From an uncultured Bacteroidales bacterium (GTDB lineage: Bacteria > Bacteroidota > Bacteroidia > Bacteroidales > UBA932), in the NCBI GenBank assembly GCA_947179325.1, contig CAMXAU010000014.1, forward strand, positions 1,532 through 65,531: a stretch of DNA of 64,000 nucleotides, in the 5' to 3' direction. This document shows positions 57,750-64,000 of the stretch, piece by piece (positions within the stretch are counted from its first letter, which is position 1; each line of letters starts with the position of its first letter). The position numbers and the translations under genes are program-made. A model generated the notes under the pieces. It ran no database searches and had not been told where the DNA came from. It was given only the letters and a program-made list of their open reading frames with translations.

Positions 57750-59540
57750 ATGAAAAAATATTATATCCTGTTGGCAGCTTTGCTGATTTCCGCAGTTTCC
57801 TGCAATCTTGACAGGTATCCCCTGGATAGGGAGACCCTGGATACATATCTTTTGGATGAGGCGCAGTGCCAGAGCTTTTCCAATACATTCTACGAAGCAT
57901 TGTTCGGAGGGACTTCCAATCCGATATTCGATGCTGAAAATGATTTATATATGTCGAAAACCCTGCCTGCGATAATAAGGGGAGGCACATCGCGTACGAC
58001 CCCCTCAGGCGGTGGTGGATGGAGTTTTACGACATTGAGGTCTATAAATACAATGCTCGGGCATATGGACAACTGCAAGGACCCAGATGTCCGTCAGAAA
58101 TATACCGCCCTGGCAAGGTTTTTCCGTGCGTACTGGTACTACAAGATGGTACGTGACTTCGGTGATGTCCCATGGTATGACCACGAGCTTGGGACAGATG
58201 AGACTGATGAACTGTACAAGGCGCGTGACTCCCGTGACTATGTCTTTGAAAAGATGCTTGAGGACATTGACTTCGCAATAGAAGTCCTTCCCAAGACACC
58301 TAACCTGTATCGGGTCACAAGCTGGACCGTGCTTGCCCTGAAGTCGCGCATGTGCCTCTTTGAGGGAACATGGAGAAAATATCACGGACTCTCCCTTGAA
58401 CACGATGCGGACTATTATCTCAAGCTCGCTGCAGATGCGGCCAGGACCTTCATTGAGACTTCGCCTTATGGCATCTATGTGTATGACAAGGACCCTTCCA
58501 TGAGCTACACCTGGCTGTTCTCCTCAATGACAGCTCCGATTGAGGAACATGTCCTGGCAAAGGCATACAGCCTTGACGTCCAGCTGTCACACAAGGCAAC
58601 CTATTATTCTTTCAGCGACGGTGCCAACATCAATATAAACAAGAAATTCATTGATGCCTTCCTGATGGCGGACGGCAGCAGATACACCGATAAGGAAGGC
58701 TGGGAGACCGACATCTACTATGACGAGGTCACCGGAAGGGATCCGCGCCTTGCGCAGATTGTCCGTTGCCCGGGCTATCACCGTCTTGACCATGACGAAA
58801 TCATGACTACTGACTTTTCCGCCTCCCTTACCGGCTATCCATATGTGAAATATGCCGTGAGCTGGAAAGATCAGGATAATTCATTTGCAGCCTCTGATAA
58901 TGATCTGCCGCTTGTAAGGGCAGCGGAAGTCTATCTGAATTATGCCGAGGCCATGGCGGAGAGGAGTGATGTCAAGATTACACAGGATGACATTGACCTT
59001 AGCATCAACCCGATACGCAAAAGGGCCGGGATGCCTGACATGGACCTTGCGTGGTGCAATGCCAATCCGGACGACAACTATATGGGTTCGGCAAAGTATG
59101 GCTACCGCAATGTCAAGGGAGAGAACAGGGGAGTCATCCTTGAAATCCGCAGGGAACGCATGGTTGAACTTGCCCAGGAGTGTGATTTCCGCTGGTACGA
59201 CCTTATGAGGTGGAAAGAGGGCAAGTGCATAGAGCAGGACATACTCGGGCAATACTTCCCGGGGCCGGGCGAATATGACTTTGACGGTGACGGCGTTGTG
59301 GACATCTGTCTCTATGAGACTGAAAAAGCCCCTGCAACTGAGGCCCGGCTTGTCTACAAGATAGGTGTCAACCCTATAGTCCTGACAGACGGGAATAAGG
59401 GAAATGTCAATCCTTACAAGACCCAGAAGCATCAGTTCGATGAAGCCAGGGACTATCTCTTCCCGATTCCTACCGGTGAACTTGCAATGAACAATAATCT
59501 TACGCAGAATCCTGGATGGACCGACATAAAACGTGAGTAA
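57750..59540 (+). CDS. SusD-like lipoprotein
   Basis: Lipobox AVSC; ARFFRAYWY, RAAEVYLNYAEA, RERMVELAQE, YLFPIP...QNPGW. Confidence 0.94.
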   Translation: MKKYYILLAALLISAVSCNLDRYPLDRETLDTYLLDEAQCQSFSNTFYEALFGGTSNPIFDAENDLYMSKTLPAIIRGGTSRTTPSGGGGWSFTTLRSINTMLGHMDNCKDPDVRQKYTALARFFRAYWYYKMVRDFGDVPWYDHELGTDETDELYKARDSRDYVFEKMLEDIDFAIEVLPKTPNLYRVTSWTVLALKSRMCLFEGTWRKYHGLSLEHDADYYLKLAADAARTFIETSPYGIYVYDKDPSMSYTWLFSSMTAPIEEHVLAKAYSLDVQLSHKATYYSFSDGANININKKFIDAFLMADGSRYTDKEGWETDIYYDEVTGRDPRLAQIVRCPGYHRLDHDEIMTTDFSASLTGYPYVKYAVSWKDQDNSFAASDNDLPLVRAAEVYLNYAEAMAERSDVKITQDDIDLSINPIRKRAGMPDMDLAWCNANPDDNYMGSAKYGYRNVKGENRGVILEIRRERMVELAQECDFRWYDLMRWKEGKCIEQDILGQYFPGPGEYDFDGDGVVDICLYETEKAPATEARLVYKIGVNPIVLTDGNKGNVNPYKTQKHQFDEARDYLFPIPTGELAMNNNLTQNPGWTDIKRE

Positions 59541-59597
59541 AGACAGACTAAAACCTGGACAATAACATTATTACTAACAATTTTAAAATCATTAAAG

Positions 59598-60527
59598 ATG
59601 AAAAAATGTTTTTCTTTCTTGGCAGTTGCCGCAATGGCTTGCTGTGCAGTAGTTTCTTGTGACAAGGCCCCTAATGGCGGGAATGGCCCGGATGATGAAG
59701 GCGGGGTAACTCCAGGCATTTCAGAAGTCAATATCTCAATTGACGGAGACTTCTCAGACTGGAATGCCATAACTGAGAGCAGCGAGGACGGCACAGTCTA
59801 TTTCTGTGCTTCCGGAGCGGATGGATATAAGAATATCCGTAATCTGAAGGCGACTTCTGACCCTGATTATATCTATATGTATTTTGAGGTTTCGGCCAGC
59901 AAGATATATATGGGATCAGGCGGACATCATGGAGACAGCTGGGAAGGAATGGGATTTGCCACTCCTGCTCCTATCTGGATTTATATTGATTCCGACAACA
60001 ATCCTTCCACAGGACTTTTGCCTCATTGGGTCGGTGACATAGACTCCGGTGGATATGCTTTCTCGGATCTCGGATTTGACAATGGCCTCAACCTTTACAC
60101 ATGGATTGCTACCGAGACCGGACTTTGGGACATGGGCTGGCAGCAGAGCAATGTCAAGATCGGTTCATATAAAGATGGAGACAAGGAAATAAAAGTTGAA
60201 GACGGAACAAGCATTGAGGACTCTCAGAATTATAAATGGATAACAGACGACTATCCGGACGGCTATGGCTGGAGTCATCTGAAGGACAATACAATCATTA
60301 CCTTCGATAACTTCAAGACAAAAATCAGTAATGGCTGGGCTATCTGTGAGTTGGCAATAGACAGGTCGCTTCTTGTGGACAACAATGCAGTGGAGGGACC
60401 GGATATGACAGAGGTTGCCTTCGGTGTAGCAAACCAGTGCTCATCAGCCGAGACAGGCAAAGGTGGCTGGTCAGGCATCATCCCGAGTGACCGCAAACCT
60501 GCTGTCCTGAAACTGATCAACAAATAA
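59598..60527 (+). CDS. Surface lipoprotein with DOMON/CBM9-like module
   Basis: Lipobox VVSC; ISIDGDFSDW, IYIDSDNNPSTG. Confidence 0.65.
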   Translation: MKKCFSFLAVAAMACCAVVSCDKAPNGGNGPDDEGGVTPGISEVNISIDGDFSDWNAITESSEDGTVYFCASGADGYKNIRNLKATSDPDYIYMYFEVSASKIYMGSGGHHGDSWEGMGFATPAPIWIYIDSDNNPSTGLLPHWVGDIDSGGYAFSDLGFDNGLNLYTWIATETGLWDMGWQQSNVKIGSYKDGDKEIKVEDGTSIEDSQNYKWITDDYPDGYGWSHLKDNTIITFDNFKTKISNGWAICELAIDRSLLVDNNAVEGPDMTEVAFGVANQCSSAETGKGGWSGIIPSDRKPAVLKLINK

Positions 60528-60552
60528 AGGATATTTTAGCATTTGTACCGGG

Positions 60553-60589
60553 GGGGCTTGAGTAAAACTTTTTTATTCAAGCCCCTTTT
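60553..60589 (+). terminator. Intrinsic terminator ending the second PUL
   Basis: GGGGCTTGAGTAAAA-CTT-TTTTATTCAAGCCCC followed by TTTT. Confidence 0.8.
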
Positions 60590-60859
60590 GGTCAAAATAC
60601 CATGTTTTAATAACACAGAATATATTATGACCAAAGTTGTGAAAAGTAATTTGATTACTGTTTTGATATTATTTGTATCCTCCTCTTGTCAAGTAATCCC
60701 TGGGGATCTGACTTCTCAAATAGAAACAGGGTGACACTCTGACAGCGATACCATATGTCAAGGGGTATGTGGAATGCAACTTTGGACGAGACTCATTAAA
60801 AGAAGCAATAAATTTTCCAGCCTATTCAAGTCATTGAAATGGACAAAGTAAGAAGGTTT

Positions 60860-60964
60860 TCCGGAGCCGTCTCCATATTGATGACTGAGCAGATTTCTCT
60901 TCACACCGAAATTGCTCTACGCCGCATCGAGATGAAATAAGCAGAGCGGAGACAGGCTTCCGGA
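60860..60964. ncRNA. Candidate structured RNA (unidentified)
   Basis: Outer stem 60860-74/60948-64, inner stem 60887-97/60908-17, small hairpin CATC-GA-GATG; no family recognised. Confidence 0.3.
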
Positions 60965-61000
60965 TAATAGATTATTTGTCGCTTGCTGAGTACGGAAGTT

Positions 61001-61031
61001 ATTGGAAATTGGAAAATTATGATTATATTTG
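61001..61031 (+). promoter_or_regulatory. str operon promoter
   Basis: ATTG (61001-04), 19-nt spacer, TATATTTG(CA) at 61024-31. Confidence 0.65.
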
Positions 61032-61082
61032 CAGCCCCAAATTATGGGGTAAGAAACATAAATTAAAGATTTACAATTATTT

Positions 61083-61481
61083 ATGCCTACAATTCAACAA
61101 TTAGTTCGCAAAGGACGCGAGGTGATAGTCGAGAAGAGCAAATCACGCGCGTTGGATGCTTGCCCTCAGAGAAGGGGCGTATGCGTTCGTGTGTACACAA
61201 CCACACCTAAGAAACCTAACTCAGCAATGCGTAAGGTTGCCCGTGTACGTCTTACCAACTCTAAAGAGGTCAACGCGTACATCCCTGGCGAAGGTCACAA
61301 CCTCCAGGAGCACTCAATCGTGCTCGTAAGGGGCGGTCGTGTGAAAGACCTTCCTGGTGTACGTTACCACATCCTTAGGGGAGCTTTGGATACTGCAGGT
61401 GTAGAGGGAAGGACACAGTCCCGTTCACTCTATGGCGCAAAACGTCCTAAAGCCGGAAAGAAACCAGCCTCTAAGAAGTAA
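61083..61481 (+). CDS. rpsL: 30S ribosomal protein S12
   Basis: [35 protein letters not shown]. Confidence 0.99.
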   Translation: MPTIQQLVRKGREVIVEKSKSRALDACPQRRGVCVRVYTTTPKKPNSAMRKVARVRLTNSKEVNAYIPGEGHNLQEHSIVLVRGGRVKDLPGVRYHILRGALDTAGVEGRTQSRSLYGAKRPKAGKKPASKK

Positions 61482-61518
61482 TTTTATTCATTTACACCTT
61501 ATTTAATTTTCTACAAAA

Positions 61519-61995
61519 ATGAGAAAATCGAAGCCTAAGAAGAGGATTCTACTTCCTGATCCTAAGTTTCACGATGCAATGGTAACACGCTTCGTGAACA
61601 ATCTTATGTTGCAGGGGAAGAAGAGTATCGCGTATTCTATTTTTTACGATGCCATTGACATGGTAGGCGAGAAGATGAAAGATTCTGACAAGGCTCCTCT
61701 CGATATTTGGAGGAAAGCAATCGAGAATGTGACCCCTCAGCTTGAGGTAAAGAGCCGCAGGATCGGTGGAGCTAACTTCCAGGTGCCGACAGAGGTGCGT
61801 CCGGAAAGGAAGATTTCACTCGCTATGAAGAATATGATCATCTTCGCCCGCAAGCGTTCCGGCCACTCTATGGCAGAAAAGCTCTGTGCTGAAATCATCG
61901 CCGCATACAACTGCGAGGGTGCAGCATACAAGAGAAAAGAAGACATGCACAGAATGGCAGAGGCCAACAAGGCTTTTGCACACTTCCGTTTCTAA
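61519..61995 (+). CDS. rpsG: 30S ribosomal protein S7
   Basis: [30 protein letters not shown]. Confidence 0.99.
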   Translation: MRKSKPKKRILLPDPKFHDAMVTRFVNNLMLQGKKSIAYSIFYDAIDMVGEKMKDSDKAPLDIWRKAIENVTPQLEVKSRRIGGANFQVPTEVRPERKISLAMKNMIIFARKRSGHSMAEKLCAEIIAAYNCEGAAYKRKEDMHRMAEANKAFAHFRF

Positions 61996-62019
61996 AATCC
62001 CCCAAGTAAGTAACGAAAA

Positions 62020-64000
62020 ATGGCAAGAGATCTTAAATTCACCAGAAACATCGGTATCATGGCTCACATCGATGCCGGAAAGACAACAACCTCAGAGCGT
62101 ATCCTGTTCTATACGGGTAAGACCCACAAGATCGGTGAGGTTCATGAGGGTGCTGCCACAATGGACTGGATGGTTCAGGAGCAGGAGCGCGGTATCACAA
62201 TCACTTCCGCTGCTACAACTGCATTCTGGCACTACAAAGGGGATACTTATCAGATTAACTTGATCGACACTCCGGGCCACGTTGACTTCACCGTTGAGGT
62301 GGAGCGTTCACTTCGTGTCCTTGACGGTACAGTCGCTACCTTCTGTGCGGTAGGACGTGTACAGCCTCAGTCAGAGACCGTATGGCGTCAGGCTGACAAA
62401 TATGGAGTGCCTAAGATTGCTTATATCAACAAGATGGACCGTGTCGGAGCGGACTTCCTTGCAGTCGTTGACGAAATCAAGGAGAAGCTCGGTGCACGTG
62501 CAGTTCCAATCTGCCTTCCTATAGGTGCAGAGGACAAGTTCCAGGGCATTGTTGACCTTATCGCCAACAAGGCTATGGTTTACGACGGCAGCGAAAACCT
62601 CGTGAACTATAAACTGGAGGATGTTCCTGCAGAGATGGCAGACGAGGTTGCAATGTGGAGGGAGAAGCTCATCGAGGCAGCAGCCGAGTATGACGAGACC
62701 CTCATGGAGAAATTCTTCGATGATCCAGACTCAATTTCAGAGGAGGAGATCATCTCTGCTCTCCGCAAGGCGACAATTGACATGTCCATCGTACCTGCTT
62801 GCTGCGGTTCTTCATTCAAGAACAAGGGCGTGCAGTTCCTTCTTGACGCAGTAATGCGTTATCTCCCGTCTCCACTTGACAAGGGAGCTGTCACAGGAAC
62901 CAATCCTAAGACAGGCGAGGAAGAGGATCGCAAGCCGTCAGCAAGCGAGCCATTCTGCGCTCTCGTGTTCAAGATTGCAACCGATCCTTTCGTGGGACGC
63001 CTTGCATTCCTCCGCGCTTATTCAGGACGTCTTGATGCAGGTTCATACGTGCTCAACACACGTTCAGACAAGAAGGAGCGTGTAGCACGACTTTACCAGA
63101 TGCACTCAAACAAGCAGAACCCTATCGAATTCGTAGAGGCTGGAGATATCTGCGCAGCTGTAGGATTCAAGGATCTCCGCACTGGAGATACAATCTGCTT
63201 CGAGAACAATCCTATCACCCTTGAGTCTATGGAGTTCCCAGATCCGGTTATCGGACTCGCTGTGGAGCCTAAGACCCAGAAAGACCTTGACAAGCTTGGA
63301 ATCGCCCTTGCAAAACTTGCAGAGGAGGACCCAACATTTACTGTCAAGACTGACCATGAGACAGGACAGACTGTCATCAGCGGTATGGGTGAGCTTCACC
63401 TTGACATCATCGTTGACCGTCTCCGCCGTGAGTTCAACGTGGACATCAACCAGGGTGCGCCTCAGGTTAACTACAAAGAGGCCATCACTCAGCCTGTTCA
63501 GCACCGTGAGGTGTTCAAGAAGCAGACTGGTGGACGTGGTAAGTTCGCAGACATCATTGTCGAGATCGGACCTGCTGACGAAGGCGTTACTGGACTTCAG
63601 TTCGTTGACGAGGTTAAGGGAGGTAACATTCCTAAGGAATTCATCCCTTCTGTTGAGAAAGGATTCAAGTCTGCCATGGCAAATGGTGTACTTGCCGGAT
63701 ATGAGGTTCCGTCCCTCAAGGTAATCCTCAAGGACGGTTCTTTCCACCCTGTCGATTCAGACCAGCTCTCATTTGAGATCTGCGCACGTCAGGCTTTCCG
63801 TCATGCATGCCCTAAGGCAAGGCCGGTTCTCCTTGAGCCTATCATGAACCTTGAGGTTGTGACACCGGAAGACTACATGGGAGATATCGTCGGAGACCTT
63901 AACCGCCGCAGGGGACAGATCAACGCGATGGATTCAACTACAGGTGCACGTATTGTAAAGGCATTCGTTCCGCTCGCAGAGCAGTTCGGCTATGTAACCA
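62020..64000 (+). CDS. fusA: Elongation factor G, truncated by the window's right edge
   Basis: Manual translation from ATG 62020: [27 protein letters not shown]...ERGITITSA...IDTPGHVDF...NKMD; follows rpsL-rpsG. Confidence 0.98.
   Translation, partial: MARDLKFTRNIGIMAHIDAGKTTTSERILFYTGKTHKIGEVHEGAATMDWMVQEQERGITITSAATTAFWHYKGDTYQINLIDTPGHVDFTVEVERSLRVLDGTVATFCAVGRVQPQSETVWRQADKYGVPKIAYINKMDRVGADFLAVVDEIKEKLGARAVPICLPIGAEDKFQGIVDLIANKAMVYDGSENLVNYKLEDVPAEMADEVAMWREKLIEAAAEYDETLMEKFFDDPDSISEEEIISALRKATIDMSIVPACCGSSFKNKGVQFLLDAVMRYLPSPLDKGAVTGTNPKTGEEEDRKPSASEPFCALVFKIATDPFVGRLAFLRAYSGRLDAGSYVLNTRSDKKERVARLYQMHSNKQNPIEFVEAGDICAAVGFKDLRTGDTICFENNPITLESMEFPDPVIGLAVEPKTQKDLDKLGIALAKLAEEDPTFTVKTDHETGQTVISGMGELHLDIIVDRLRREFNVDINQGAPQVNYKEAITQPVQHREVFKKQTGGRGKFADIIVEIGPADEGVTGLQFVDEVKGGNIPKEFIPSVEKGFKSAMANGVLAGYEVPSLKVILKDGSFHPVDSDQLSFEICARQAFRHACPKARPVLLEPIMNLEVVTPEDYMGDIVGDLNRRRGQINAMDSTTGARIVKAFVPLAEQFGYVT

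Noticed and set aside
60876-60915. Hammerhead-like TGATGA...GAAA
   Set aside because: Core reads TTGATGA not CTGATGA and the required stem II does not form.
61083-61481. Streptomycin-resistance rpsL allele
   Set aside because: TPKKPNS and RVKDL lysines are wild type.
99-63747. Many short ORFs antisense or frame-shifted within long genes (e.g. 4820..5509-, 30807..31694-, 63106..63747-)
   Set aside because: Shadow ORFs of well-supported genes, with no motifs or independent signals.

Overview
Bacteroidales-type chromosomal window (SusC/SusD pairs, a hybrid two-component system, TAnnTTTG promoters) with four blocks. (1) 1-18.4 kb: heparin/heparan-sulfate PUL (two PL12 lyases, GH88, SusC/D, two surface lipoproteins sharing a C-terminal module, HTCS). 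(2) 19.2-37.85 kb: an 18.5-kb insertion bracketed by a duplicated promoter plus 5'-gene fragment. It carries the best candidate for an undescribed system: a Cys-rich NVEALA-type peptide with a dedicated signal peptidase I, a transglutaminase-discoidin lipoprotein, a CxxC thioredoxin-like lipoprotein, an O-antigen-ligase/TPR membrane protein, two paralogous beta-propeller lipoproteins (one an orphan from a partial module duplication) and a TolC-MFP-dual-RND exporter. I interpret this as a periplasm-matured, RND-exported peptide system (inference). (3) 37.8-60.5 kb: ECF-sigma PUL (phosphoesterase, GH20, GH109, two SusC/D pairs, DUF4832-like protein, surface lipoproteins, and a DUF5106/thioredoxin-GH31 fusion split by a +1 frameshift in a G8 tract). 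Its enzyme set fits globo-series/Forssman glycan breakdown. (4) 60.5-64 kb: a structured intergenic element, then rpsL-rpsG-fusA. No tRNA, rRNA, CRISPR array, integrase or transposase was recognised. All family assignments are from motif recognition by eye; no database search was run.
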